IMG/VR virus record: IMGVR_UViG_3300044620_000527
Location: 1-64,000 of that record
Reading direction: 5' to 3' (one strand)
Source: a virus
Length of the DNA stretch: 64,000 nt
The position numbers and the translations under genes were made by a program. Under the pieces are notes generated by a model, which worked only from the letters and a program-made list of their open reading frames with translations, did not search any database and was not told the DNA's origin. Of the stretch, positions 1 to 8,844 are shown in pieces (position 1 is the first letter of the stretch; each line of letters starts with the position of its first letter).

Positions 1-2
1 AT

Positions 3-293
3 ATTTGCTCTTATCTGTTATATTTGAATGATGCTGCAATTGGTTATTATCATATTGAAAATGAAAATAATATAAATTGGTTTGGGATTTGTATTAGTAA
101 AAAATATCAAGGATATGGTATTGGTTCATTTATATTAAATCATATGATTTCTACTTGTAAATTAAATAATATAGAAAAAATACATCTAAGCGTTGACATA
201 AATAATAGTGTTGCTATAAATCTTTACAATAAATTTAATTTCAAAATAAAAAAAGTAAATGAATTTTATTTAGAAATGATAAAGGAATTTTAA
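3..293 (+). CDS. GNAT family N-acetyltransferase (5'-truncated by window edge)
   Basis: Frame is open from position 3. GNAT acetyl-CoA motif A (ICISKKYQGYGIGS) and motif B (LSVDINNSVAINLYNKFNF). Confidence 0.85.
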   Translation: MCSYLLYLNDAAIGYYHIENENNINWFGICISKKYQGYGIGSFILNHMISTCKLNNIEKIHLSVDINNSVAINLYNKFNFKIKKVNEFYLEMIKEF

Positions 294-294
294 A

Positions 295-603
295 ATGGCT
301 GATACATTTGGTGGACTAATTGATAAACTAATAACAATTGATATGAAAATGTGGAATAATCAGGAATTGTTGTACGAAATTCGTAGAATGACCTTCGAGG
401 AATATAAGGAAAAATATTTCTTACAGGAAGATGGATCTTTGAGATTGTGGGAATGCTTAAAAAAGGCATGTGATTTAAATGTTCAACGAAATACTCTAAT
501 TGACGAAATAGACGAAAAAGTTTTGGAAATAGTTAAAGATGGATTATTAGGATCTGATTTAGATTCTGGAAAACATATACAAAGAAAACATAAAACTTAT
601 TAA
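295..603 (+). CDS. DUF4254-like small helical protein
   Basis: TFGGLIDKLITIDMKMW...LNVQRNTLIDEIDE pattern recalled from DUF4254-type proteins of polysaccharide loci; tightly packed in the operon. Confidence 0.6.
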   Translation: MADTFGGLIDKLITIDMKMWNNQELLYEIRRMTFEEYKEKYFLQEDGSLRLWECLKKACDLNVQRNTLIDEIDEKVLEIVKDGLLGSDLDSGKHIQRKHKTY

Positions 604-615
604 GAAAATAAAATT

Positions 616-1227
616 ATGGCAGAACTACAAAGTAACGAATTACAAGGCAGAATTTCAATAAAAGAAGCAAATTTTTTATATGATTTAATTAAACAATTCA
701 GACCAAATATATGCTTAGAATCTGGAACTGGTACAGGAGCAGGAAGCACAAGAAGTATAGTTTCTTCTCTAGTTGATAACAATTATGGCGTCTTATACAC
801 ATATGAAGAATATAAACAATTTTATGATACTGCTTGTATGACATTTAATAATGAAAAAGACAAAAAATTTGTTAATTTAGTTAATAAAAGATTTAATGAT
901 GGTATTTTAGATTTAAATGATGAAATGTTTGATAAAATTAATTTTGTGTTTTTAGATGGCGGCGACGAAGCGGAAGATAGTAATACCAAATTACCAGTAG
1001 ATGAATATCTGAAAAATGTAAATTTATCAGAAAATGTACAATCCTTCAAATATCTAGAAAATAAATTAAAAAAAGGCACACATGTATGTTTACATGATTG
1101 GTCTATATCTGGAGGTAGAGGTAATTTTGTTAAGCAATATTTACAAAGCACAAATTTTCATGGATTCAAACTTGTATCTGTATTGGAAGGACATACAGGT
1201 TTGGCGCATCTCATAAAAACTATTTAA
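616..1227 (+). CDS. Class I SAM-dependent methyltransferase (Methyltransf_24-like, probable sugar O-methyltransferase)
   Basis: Motif I CLESGTGTGAGS, FVFLDGGD and GTHVCLHDW. Confidence 0.8.
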   Translation: MAELQSNELQGRISIKEANFLYDLIKQFRPNICLESGTGTGAGSTRSIVSSLVDNNYGVLYTYEEYKQFYDTACMTFNNEKDKKFVNLVNKRFNDGILDLNDEMFDKINFVFLDGGDEAEDSNTKLPVDEYLKNVNLSENVQSFKYLENKLKKGTHVCLHDWSISGGRGNFVKQYLQSTNFHGFKLVSVLEGHTGLAHLIKTI

Positions 1228-1228
1228 T

Positions 1229-2335
1229 ATGATTCCAATTTACAAACCATACTTACCGGAAGAATCACTAAAATATGCATACGATGCAATAAAAAGTGGA
1301 TGGATTTCATCTTTAGGCAAGTATAAAAACATAGCATCAAATAAATTATCAAAGACATTGGGAGTTAAGCACTCTTTACTTGTTTCCAATGGAACAGTCG
1401 CAACCCATCTTTTATTTAAAGGTATAAAGTTCTTATATCCAAATGCAAAGAAAGTTATAGTTCCAAATAATGCTTATATTGCTGCATATAATGCCATATT
1501 ATATGACGATTTGCATGAATTTGATATCTATCCAATAGATGCAAATATAAACACATGGAATGCCGATTACTCAAATCTTCCGTTTGAACCCGACGAAAAT
1601 ACAATTTTTTTGGTTGTTCATAATCTTGGTAATATAGTAAATGTTCCAAAATTAAAAGAAAAGTATCCAAAATCAATATTCATAGAAGATAATTGTGAAG
1701 GTATATTTGGTGAATACGAAAACAAAATGTCTGGATCTGAATCTTTTTGTTCTGCAATATCTTTCTTTGGTAACAAAAACATCACCACAGGAGAAGGTGG
1801 AGCAGTTTATACTAATAATACTGAATTATATCAATATTTAAATAAAGTTCATGGACAAGGACAAACAGAAGAACGATTTATTCATGATGTATTAGGATAT
1901 AACTACAGAATGACTAATATTCATGCTGCTATATTATTAGGTCAATTGGATTATTATGAAGAAATTAAAAACAGAAAAACTAAAATCTTCAATACATATC
2001 AAACATTGTTGAGAAATATAGACGGAATTTCTTTACAAAGTGCGGAAAACAACACTAAGCATTCCATGTGGTTGTTTGGTCTTAGAATTGAAAATAATCT
2101 ATCGTATGCAGTATCTAAAAAGTATTTTGACTCGGTTGGAATAGAAACAAGACCAATGTTTTATCCTATAGATGTACACAAGCATTTACGACATATTAAA
2201 TCAAACAATAAAATAGCAACTACTCTAAATAACGAATGTATAATTTTACCATCATATCCTGAATTAACTGATATGGAATTAGAATATATTTGTGACATGG
2301 TTATAAATTACAATTCTAATGTGGTAACAAAATGA
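1229..2335 (+). CDS. DegT/DnrJ/EryC1/StrS PLP-dependent sugar aminotransferase (perosamine synthase-like)
   Basis: SGWISS, VSNGTVATHL, IEDNCE, SFFGNKNITTGEGG (PLP lysine), GYNYRMTNIHAAILLGQL and IETRPMFYP. Confidence 0.93.
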   Translation: MIPIYKPYLPEESLKYAYDAIKSGWISSLGKYKNIASNKLSKTLGVKHSLLVSNGTVATHLLFKGIKFLYPNAKKVIVPNNAYIAAYNAILYDDLHEFDIYPIDANINTWNADYSNLPFEPDENTIFLVVHNLGNIVNVPKLKEKYPKSIFIEDNCEGIFGEYENKMSGSESFCSAISFFGNKNITTGEGGAVYTNNTELYQYLNKVHGQGQTEERFIHDVLGYNYRMTNIHAAILLGQLDYYEEIKNRKTKIFNTYQTLLRNIDGISLQSAENNTKHSMWLFGLRIENNLSYAVSKKYFDSVGIETRPMFYPIDVHKHLRHIKSNNKIATTLNNECIILPSYPELTDMELEYICDMVINYNSNVVTK

Positions 2336-3240
2336 AAACAATAATAACAGGTGGTTGTGGATTTATTGGATCAAATCTTGTAGATGAATTAATTATACAG
2401 GGACATGATGTTACTGTTATGGATGATCTCTCATCCGATGCACACGATCAATTCTATTTCAATCCACAAGCAAAATACTATCATTACGATATTACAAATG
2501 AACATCTTGTAAATGGTGTATTTGATCGTCATGAACCTGAGTACGTTTTTCATTTAGCAGCAGAGGCAAGAATACAAAATTGTATACTGAATCCCGGTAG
2601 AGCATTAGATATTAATACTTTTGGTACTCAAAATGTATTGAATGCTGCCAAAATGGTTAAAGCAAAACGTGTAATTTTTTCAAGTACTTCTGCGATCTAT
2701 GGATTGACAAATAAGGCAATTCAAAAAGAATCCGACAAACCAGATTGTTTAAATGCTTATTCATATTCTAAATTTTTTTCAGAAGGATTGTGCAAAATGT
2801 ACTCCGATTTGTACAATCTGGATACTGCTTGTTTTAGATATTTTAATGTGTATGGTCCAAGACAACCAAAACGCGGATCATATGCGCCTGTAATTGGTGT
2901 ATTCTCTCGTCAAAAGAAAGCAAATCAATTAATGACGGTTGTTGGAGATGGTTTGCAAACCAGAGATTATATTCACGTATCCGATGTAGTTTCTGCTAAT
3001 ATTGCAGCAATGAATCACAATACAAATCTTTGTGGTAAGATAATGAATGTTGGAACTGGTACATCATATTCTGTTTTAGATCTTGCAAAAATGATGGGTG
3101 GAGAGTATACTCATGTTGCACCAAGAACTGGAGAAGCAAGACAAACTTGTGCCGATATTTTTGTAATTAAACAAACTCTTGGATGGCAACCAACCAAATG
3201 TCTTAAGGAATATATGGAGAATAAAGAATATGATACTTGA
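2332..3240 (+). CDS. NAD-dependent nucleotide-sugar epimerase/dehydratase (extended SDR)
   Basis: TGGCGFIG Rossmann motif, VFHLAA, YSYSK (YxxxK), RYFNVYGPRQ and GDGLQTRDYIHVSDVV; ATGA-type overlap region with the upstream gene. Confidence 0.95.
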   Translation: MKTIITGGCGFIGSNLVDELIIQGHDVTVMDDLSSDAHDQFYFNPQAKYYHYDITNEHLVNGVFDRHEPEYVFHLAAEARIQNCILNPGRALDINTFGTQNVLNAAKMVKAKRVIFSSTSAIYGLTNKAIQKESDKPDCLNAYSYSKFFSEGLCKMYSDLYNLDTACFRYFNVYGPRQPKRGSYAPVIGVFSRQKKANQLMTVVGDGLQTRDYIHVSDVVSANIAAMNHNTNLCGKIMNVGTGTSYSVLDLAKMMGGEYTHVAPRTGEARQTCADIFVIKQTLGWQPTKCLKEYMENKEYDT

Positions 3241-3451
3241 ATCTGGTGAATTAAATATTCAAAATGAAATTGAAAAGATAATTAAAAAGAAGAATTGTTC
3301 TTATATGGATGCGGTTCTACAAATTTGTGAATTACACAATATAGATCCTTCATATATTGCCAAGCATTTGTCAAAGCCTGTTGTTGAAAAGATTAAAGCC
3401 GAAGCACAGTCATTGAACTTCCTGCCTAAATCTTCTCGACTTCCTATTTGA
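3230..3451 (+). CDS. gp33: Late-promoter transcription coactivator gp33
   Basis: EIEKIIKKKNCSYMDAVLQICELHNID...KHLSKPVVEKIKAEAQSLNFLPKSSRLPI matches compact T4-like gp33; upstream of gp32; ATG at 3230 follows GGAG. Confidence 0.85.
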   Translation: MILESGELNIQNEIEKIIKKKNCSYMDAVLQICELHNIDPSYIAKHLSKPVVEKIKAEAQSLNFLPKSSRLPI

Positions 3452-3476
3452 CTTACCTACATAATACGGTTATAAT
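3448..3476 (+). promoter_or_regulatory. Sigma70-type (early) promoter for gp32
   Basis: TTGACT (3448-3453), 17 bp spacer, TATAAT (3471-3476). Confidence 0.8.
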
Positions 3477-3525
3477 ACTTCGTATATCTGTCACACTTTA
3501 ATACTTCGTACACGAAAGGATACAA

Positions 3526-4446
3526 ATGTCATTTAAAGATTTAAAGAAGAAGTCCACCGATCTCTCAAAGATCACCCAAGAGTTGGATAAGTTGAACAAG
3601 GGTGGTGCAGAGTCGTACAAGGACGACCGGTTCTGGAAGCCTGAACTGGATCAAGCATCAAATGGTTTTGCAGTAATTCGATTCCTACCGGTCGTTGACG
3701 GTGAGGATGTTCCTTGGGCGCGTGTGTTTAGTCACGGGTTCCAAGGCAAGGGTGGATGGTTCATTGAGAACTGCCCAACTACACTAGGTAAGAAGTGCCC
3801 AGTGTGTGAAGCAAACAACGAACTTTGGAACAGCGGGATTGAAGACGACAAGACTGTTGCGCGTGATCGTAAGCGCAAGTTGAGTTATGTTGCCAATGTT
3901 TATGTTGTTTCCGATCCAAAGCACCCAGAGAACGAGGGTAAGGTGTTCCTCTTTAAGTTCGGTAAGAAGATCTTTGATAAGATCATGGAGAAGATCCAAC
4001 CCGAATTCCCAGATGATTCTCCTGTCAATGTGTTTGATTTCTGGCAAGGTGCAAACTTCAAGTTGAAGATTCGCAAGGTTGCTGGTTATATCAACTATGA
4101 CAAGAGTGAATTTGAAGAGCCAACTCCGCTTCTTGGTGGTGATGATGCAAAGTTGGAAGCACTTTGGAAGAAGCAGTATGCTCTTAAGGAGTTCACTAAT
4201 CCCGAGAACTTCAAGTCTTATGACGAACTAAAGTCTAAGATGGAATCAGTTCTTCGTGGTGGCAGTGAAGGTAAGGCAAAGACTGCGGAAGAGATGGAGC
4301 AGATTGAGGACGCGGAGCAGCGTTTTGGTTCTGCACCAAAGTTCAAGAATCCTCCAAAGATGCCAGAAAAGAAGTCTCCGGTCGAAGATGATGCGGAGGA
4401 AGAGGATGCGCTCTCTTACTTTGAGAAGTTGGCAAAGGAAGAGTGA
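3526..4446 (+). CDS. gp32: Single-stranded DNA-binding protein gp32
   Basis: DDRFWKPELD, NGFAVIRFLP, HGFQGKGGWFIENCPTTLGKKCPVC zinc site, FKFGKKIFDKI, GANFKLKIRKV, NYDKSEF and acidic tail. Confidence 0.97.
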   Translation: MSFKDLKKKSTDLSKITQELDKLNKGGAESYKDDRFWKPELDQASNGFAVIRFLPVVDGEDVPWARVFSHGFQGKGGWFIENCPTTLGKKCPVCEANNELWNSGIEDDKTVARDRKRKLSYVANVYVVSDPKHPENEGKVFLFKFGKKIFDKIMEKIQPEFPDDSPVNVFDFWQGANFKLKIRKVAGYINYDKSEFEEPTPLLGGDDAKLEALWKKQYALKEFTNPENFKSYDELKSKMESVLRGGSEGKAKTAEEMEQIEDAEQRFGSAPKFKNPPKMPEKKSPVEDDAEEEDALSYFEKLAKEE

Positions 4447-4472
4447 ACTAATTTTGTTTGAGTGTAATTTGG

Positions 4473-4503
4473 AGAAGACGGCTTAAACGCCGTCTTTTCT
4501 TTT
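4473..4503. terminator. Rho-independent terminator between convergent gp32 and the tape-measure-like gene
   Basis: Stem AAGACGGC (4475-4482), loop TTAAAC, GCCGTCTT (4489-4496), then TTCTTT. Confidence 0.8.
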
Positions 4504-6391
4504 ATACATGCACACCAAATCCAGAACTTCTAGCGACATCTCTGGTTAGTGCTGCTGCCATTCCGCTCTCATCTGGTGGTATTGCTGCACCATCTACTAC
4601 TGTTCCACCGGATTGACCCATTGGCATCATCTTTGTGCCATTGTTGTAATAATTATTGTTTATAATTACTGGTTGTGTATTTGCTGCCGAAACTGGTGTT
4701 TGCATCAAATCATTATTCATATTTTGTTGAGTTTGATACCGTACTGCTTCTCCTGTTGTTGATTGTTGCGCGGGGGATAGAGAAGCAGTTGGTGTTGATT
4801 CAAACGCTGCTGTAGGTGCTATAGATGGTGTAGGTGCAACAGTTTCCTTCAATGATGGTGTTTCTACCTTTGCTGTTGGCGTTTGTCCTTCTGCTGTTGT
4901 TGGTTTTTCTACACCCTTCTTAAACCAATCACCTATTCCAGGCACAGAAGCCGCAAATTCATAAACTTCTTTTGGTCCTATTGCCTCTGCAATTAAATTA
5001 CCAACGTATTCACCACCATACGTTCCAATAACTCCACCGAGTATTGAACCCAAAGGTCCTCCAACCAAACCTACAGCGGAACCTATGGTAGTTCCGATAA
5101 GGGAACCCATTCTTTTACCTAATTCCGCACCAATTGCTTCCTTCTTTTGTTCTGGAGTTAAATTGGGATCTTGTTGTATTGCTGGTATGTTTAAGTATCC
5201 GATGATACCTTCAATTGCAGTACCAAGCAATGGTACTCTTTTTAGAGCAGGAAGTATTACGTTTTTACCAGGTCCTTTTAAGAATGCCATAGGATTTTTA
5301 ATGGCTTTTGCTAATTCTAGACCACCTTGTCCAAGTTGCTTCACCATCCCCACCGCACCAGTGCCTATATTTTTTGCAGTTTGTAACATTCTACCAAAGA
5401 AGCCGGGCTTTGGTGCTGCTGCGGCGGCTTGTGCTGTTGTGGATGCGGGGGTTGAAAGTAGTTGAGCAGGACTTGTGGTTGGTGTTGACGGGGGTTGCAT
5501 AACAAACCCTTGACCTGGAATGTTTTGTATTCCGGCTGCAACTGGGGCTACTGATTGTGCTATTGCTGGAGCAGCTGATCCAGCGGCACCAAGTGCAGTT
5601 CCAAAACCTAGAAGAGATAATGCTTTGCTTCCTGCTTTTGATGCCGTTCCTGTTATTGCTGCTTTTGTGCCAGTTGCTGCTTTTGTTGTGGTATCAATTG
5701 CTTTAGCGGCTGTTGTAATTGGGGCAGATGCGCCTCTTACCTTTGCAAGTGCTCCTAATTTTCCACCAGCAGCAACTCTGGCAACACGAGAAAGTGCTCC
5801 AGCCTTTCCTCCTCTTCTTAATGTAGAAGCAAGAATAGCAGCATCGGCGGCAGTGCTCAACAATCCACCACCAGAATCCTCACCAGAACCACCCGTTCCA
5901 ATTTTCTTCAAGATCTTTTCCATAATAACTTTAATGTCGATTAAAGTTTTATTTTGATCCATCTGCAAAGAAACTTGTTCTTGTTGAGCCTCAGCGGTTT
6001 CTCTTAGTTGTTCTGTCGATTGTTGGGGTATTGGTGAACGAGTTTGTGCCTTTAACGACGCACTTTCATTTTGTATACCAAGTATGGTTTTTACTTTTTG
6101 GATTAAATCGTTTACAGTCTTTTTTATGTTGTTTGCTAAGTTTATGTAAATATCAAATGCCTTTTTGACAAACTTGTAATCTAATCCCTGAGTTTGTTTT
6201 TGTACCGCAGCATCCATTTTTTCTGACAGAGTAGATGACTCTGGACGGGCAATTCTTCTTCGTGATGGAGTCGTGTTTCTTTGAAAAGAAGAAACCATAG
6301 CAGTTCCAGTATTTGAGAACATTCGTCCAATACCAGAAACTGCTTTAGTGTTTTGTTTACCCTCGGATGTTATTGTTGGTAGTGCTAACAT
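4502..6391 (-). CDS. Putative tape measure / baseplate hub protein (gp29-like)
   Basis: 629 aa Ala/Gly/Thr-rich protein with coiled-coil N-terminal half and glycine-zipper segment (GSLIGTTIGSAVGLVGGPLGSILGGVIGTYGG); directly downstream of gp26/gp51. Confidence 0.6.
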   Translation of the reverse strand: MLALPTITSEGKQNTKAVSGIGRMFSNTGTAMVSSFQRNTTPSRRRIARPESSTLSEKMDAAVQKQTQGLDYKFVKKAFDIYINLANNIKKTVNDLIQKVKTILGIQNESASLKAQTRSPIPQQSTEQLRETAEAQQEQVSLQMDQNKTLIDIKVIMEKILKKIGTGGSGEDSGGGLLSTAADAAILASTLRRGGKAGALSRVARVAAGGKLGALAKVRGASAPITTAAKAIDTTTKAATGTKAAITGTASKAGSKALSLLGFGTALGAAGSAAPAIAQSVAPVAAGIQNIPGQGFVMQPPSTPTTSPAQLLSTPASTTAQAAAAAPKPGFFGRMLQTAKNIGTGAVGMVKQLGQGGLELAKAIKNPMAFLKGPGKNVILPALKRVPLLGTAIEGIIGYLNIPAIQQDPNLTPEQKKEAIGAELGKRMGSLIGTTIGSAVGLVGGPLGSILGGVIGTYGGEYVGNLIAEAIGPKEVYEFAASVPGIGDWFKKGVEKPTTAEGQTPTAKVETPSLKETVAPTPSIAPTAAFESTPTASLSPAQQSTTGEAVRYQTQQNMNNDLMQTPVSAANTQPVIINNNYYNNGTKMMPMGQSGGTVVDGAAIPPDESGMAAALTRDVARSSGFGVHV

Positions 6392-6394
6392 TAG

Positions 6395-6550
6395 TTATTT
6401 TTTCTTTAATTGTTCTTTTCTTTTATTTATTTCCTCTACATGTTTTATTAAAAGATTTAGATATATTTCTCGCTCCCACGGTATCATATTTTCCAATTCA
6501 GTTAGGCTGTACTTATGTTCTTGGATTAGTATAAAGTTTGTTTTATACAT
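6395..6550 (-). CDS. gp51: Baseplate hub assembly chaperone gp51-like (51 aa, below ORF track cutoff; possibly made as a frameshift fusion with gp26)
   Basis: Manual translation MYKTNFILIQEHKYSLTELENMIPWEREIYLNLLIKHVEEINKRKEQLKKK contains the KYSLTELENMIPWERxIY signature. Confidence 0.85.
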   Translation of the reverse strand: MYKTNFILIQEHKYSLTELENMIPWEREIYLNLLIKHVEEINKRKEQLKKK

Positions 6551-6576
6551 GTTTTCCAAAGACTCATTCGCCAGCC

Positions 6577-7278
6577 CTAGTCGAAAAAATCAACAAATTT
6601 ATCCAAAACAACCTTTACTTTCTTTTGTGAATACGGCGACATTTCTTCCGACTCATAGTATATTGAGGGCATTGTATCAAAAAATTTACTCATTTTTTCG
6701 TACATATCTTGCGTAAATTGTTCTACAAATTCTTGTAGTTCTTTTTTAGAATAGTCTGAAGCATTATATACAGAATCTTTATCGTAAATTTTATCAATGC
6801 AATTTACTATGATATTGAATCCATTTTCTACCAACGGTTTAGATGGATCTACTGATAGAATTGCTCGCATGTTTGGGTACTTCATTTCCACAAACAAAGA
6901 ATCTGATAATTTTAATCTTTTTTCGTGTTTTGTTGATCTTTTTACTATAACTTTATTTAAATCTACATTTACTTCAAATTTTTTATTTGTATCTGGATCA
7001 ATAACATTCACTTTGATTACTTCACCTATTGATTTTTCTCTTAATTTTAGAAAAATATATTCAATATCAAATGATGGTAATTCTTCAATATCTACTTTAT
7101 CGATCAAACAATTTGTTATAACTTGATCCATTGCTTGCAGAATCTGATCATTGTCTTTAGATTCTGCGGCAATTAGAAGAATTTTTTCTTCCTTTACTAA
7201 GAATGGTCTATATCTTACTTTTTGACCATTTGATGGTAATTTCATTTCAAAGGTTGCAACGTCAATTTTTGGTAACAT
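6577..7278 (-). CDS. gp26: Baseplate hub subunit / assembly chaperone gp26-like
   Basis: LPKIDVATFEMKLPSNGQKVRYRPFLVKEEKILLIAAES, FDIEYIFLKLREKSIGE, MKYP, KFFDTMP and C-terminal DFF. Confidence 0.9.
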   Translation of the reverse strand: MLPKIDVATFEMKLPSNGQKVRYRPFLVKEEKILLIAAESKDNDQILQAMDQVITNCLIDKVDIEELPSFDIEYIFLKLREKSIGEVIKVNVIDPDTNKKFEVNVDLNKVIVKRSTKHEKRLKLSDSLFVEMKYPNMRAILSVDPSKPLVENGFNIIVNCIDKIYDKDSVYNASDYSKKELQEFVEQFTQDMYEKMSKFFDTMPSIYYESEEMSPYSQKKVKVVLDKFVDFFD

Positions 7279-7290
7279 TATTTAATCTCC

Positions 7291-7818
7291 TTAGCGATTA
7301 TTCGATTTTGTAAATTCTGCATCTTGATATGAGAAAGTGACAGTTTGTTTTAAATATGAATCTCTGTCATCAAAAGACAATTGAGCGGCGTCTATGTTTG
7401 TTATTAATACTCTATTGAGTCTAACTGCATATAGTGTATTGCTTGCAGAATCCATAGCAACTATGTTTAAAGTGCCCCATAAATTATTTACATATTCTAC
7501 AAAATAATCAGATTGACTTTTGGGACTTGCTTTTTCCATAAATGCATACAAATCTGCCGTGGGGTTTCCAGCACCATCCAATCTGAAAGTGATATTGCAT
7601 GTTTGTGCCGGTAATTTAGCATATGGGATTTTAATTATGGGTTGTGTGTTATATTGAAAATCGGCAGTACCAAGAGCGAGTGCAGGAAATTCAACAGATT
7701 CTACTAAAATTTGATATGCGCTTAATGAAGTTCCTGGCAGAAAAATATCTACAGAAAATCTGTTTGGACGCACCAAACCGGTTATTGCTCTTAAACTACT
7801 GGCTACATCTGATGCCAT
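7291..7818 (-). CDS. Tail-tube-fold protein, gp54-like tube initiator
   Basis: GLVRPNRFSVDI, VESVEFP, IKIPY and QTVTFSY (gp19/gp54 fold); syntenic between gp2 and gp26. Confidence 0.65.
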   Translation of the reverse strand: MASDVASSLRAITGLVRPNRFSVDIFLPGTSLSAYQILVESVEFPALALGTADFQYNTQPIIKIPYAKLPAQTCNITFRLDGAGNPTADLYAFMEKASPKSQSDYFVEYVNNLWGTLNIVAMDSASNTLYAVRLNRVLITNIDAAQLSFDDRDSYLKQTVTFSYQDAEFTKSNNR

Positions 7819-8387
7819 TAAGATACTTCCTTGCGTATTTCAGAATACAAATTTGCTGGATTTACTCCCTTAAAAACTGGAAGAAACGCAAAATTTGTCC
7901 ATTCTTCTGGTGTTGTTATTTTAGGTTTACCCATTATGTTTTTTGGTAAATAATTGTTAAAAACTGTGCCATAATATTTAGCAAATATTTTCTTATTCAA
8001 CAAGGACAAAATTTTAACTCTTACCTTTTGGGGATCTCTTTCGTTGTAATTATACAAAAGATTATTCATCAGTAGAATCATTTTAAATCTATCCATTGGT
8101 GGTATATAATGCAAATTTATTCCAGAAAACATCGATCCAGATATGCCTGTTACTATCACTAAAGGATAACGATCAAATATCCTATCCTTAGATTTGGGTA
8201 TATAACGAAAAAGTAAAACCTGTCCAGTTAATTTTCTTTTTAGATTTTTAGAAGGATCTAGAAGAAATTGCTTATAGTCATCGGGTTTTCCTTTTTGGGA
8301 TTTGTTTATTCCCCGCATACTATCCCTCAACCACGATATTGCGGTTTGTGGGTTACGATTCGGATTCTGGGGGTTCTTCTTTTCCAA
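7818..8387 (-). CDS. gp2: DNA end protector protein gp2
   Basis: GQVLLFRYIPKSK...DRYPLVIV...FSGINLHYIPP...EEWTNFAFLP; follows gp4. Confidence 0.8.
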   Translation of the reverse strand: MEKKNPQNPNRNPQTAISWLRDSMRGINKSQKGKPDDYKQFLLDPSKNLKRKLTGQVLLFRYIPKSKDRIFDRYPLVIVTGISGSMFSGINLHYIPPMDRFKMILLMNNLLYNYNERDPQKVRVKILSLLNKKIFAKYYGTVFNNYLPKNIMGKPKITTPEEWTNFAFLPVFKGVNPANLYSEIRKEVS

Positions 8388-8814
8388 AAAGTTCTTTTTC
8401 TGTTATTATTTTAAATTTCCAGTTTCTTTTATTAGCAAATTCTTCCGCAAAAGCCCATTTTGATTTATTTATTTGCCATTCAACAACTTCCTGTAAGTAA
8501 CCTTTAGTTATTTTCTTTTTCTTTGCGGGTTCTTGACACTTTCTATGGGGTTTTATTTCTACCATATATGTCTGCACAGAGCCGTCTTTTTCTTTAACCT
8601 GTATAACAAAATCCACAAAATAACGGTGATAACGCTTATCTACAGGAGAAAGATATGGTATTGGTAGTTCTTCAGAAGCCCAATTTATTATGTTTTCCGT
8701 ATTATCACAAAATGTCATAAATTTACGTTCCCACAGAGAACGGTACACAATATTATTGGGATCTCCCTTGTACTTAGAGGGATTCTTTGGCTTAAATCTT
8801 CCTTTATACGACAT
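8353..8814 (-). CDS. gp4: Head completion nuclease gp4 (TnsA-like)
   Basis: YKGRFKPKNPSKYKGDPNNIVYRSLWERKFM, WASEE, HRYFVDF, VEIKP, NKSKW and FKIITEKEL. Confidence 0.95.
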   Translation of the reverse strand: MSYKGRFKPKNPSKYKGDPNNIVYRSLWERKFMTFCDNTENIINWASEELPIPYLSPVDKRYHRYFVDFVIQVKEKDGSVQTYMVEIKPHRKCQEPAKKKKITKGYLQEVVEWQINKSKWAFAEEFANKRNWKFKIITEKELFGKEEPPESES

Positions 8815-8820
8815 ACATAG

Positions 8821-8828
8821 TATTTAGA
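8821..8828 (-). promoter_or_regulatory. Putative T4-type late promoter for the minus-strand gp4 operon
   Basis: TCTAAATA on the minus strand, ending 6 nt before the gp4 ATG. Confidence 0.55.
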
Positions 8829-8844
8829 AAAGGATTAATACTAC

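Noticed and set aside
3179-3229. Longer N-terminus for gp33 from the ORF track
   Set aside because: It overlaps the epimerase extensively; ATG 3230 has an SD and gives a typical size.
5085-5957. Plus-strand ORFs of 126 and 145 aa
   Set aside because: Antisense shadows of the Ala/Gly-rich tape-measure-like gene; no SD or recognisable motif.
8353-8814. TnsA-like transposase or mobile element
   Set aside because: The nuclease motif belongs to T4 gp4 in its normal context; no terminal repeats or other transposition genes.
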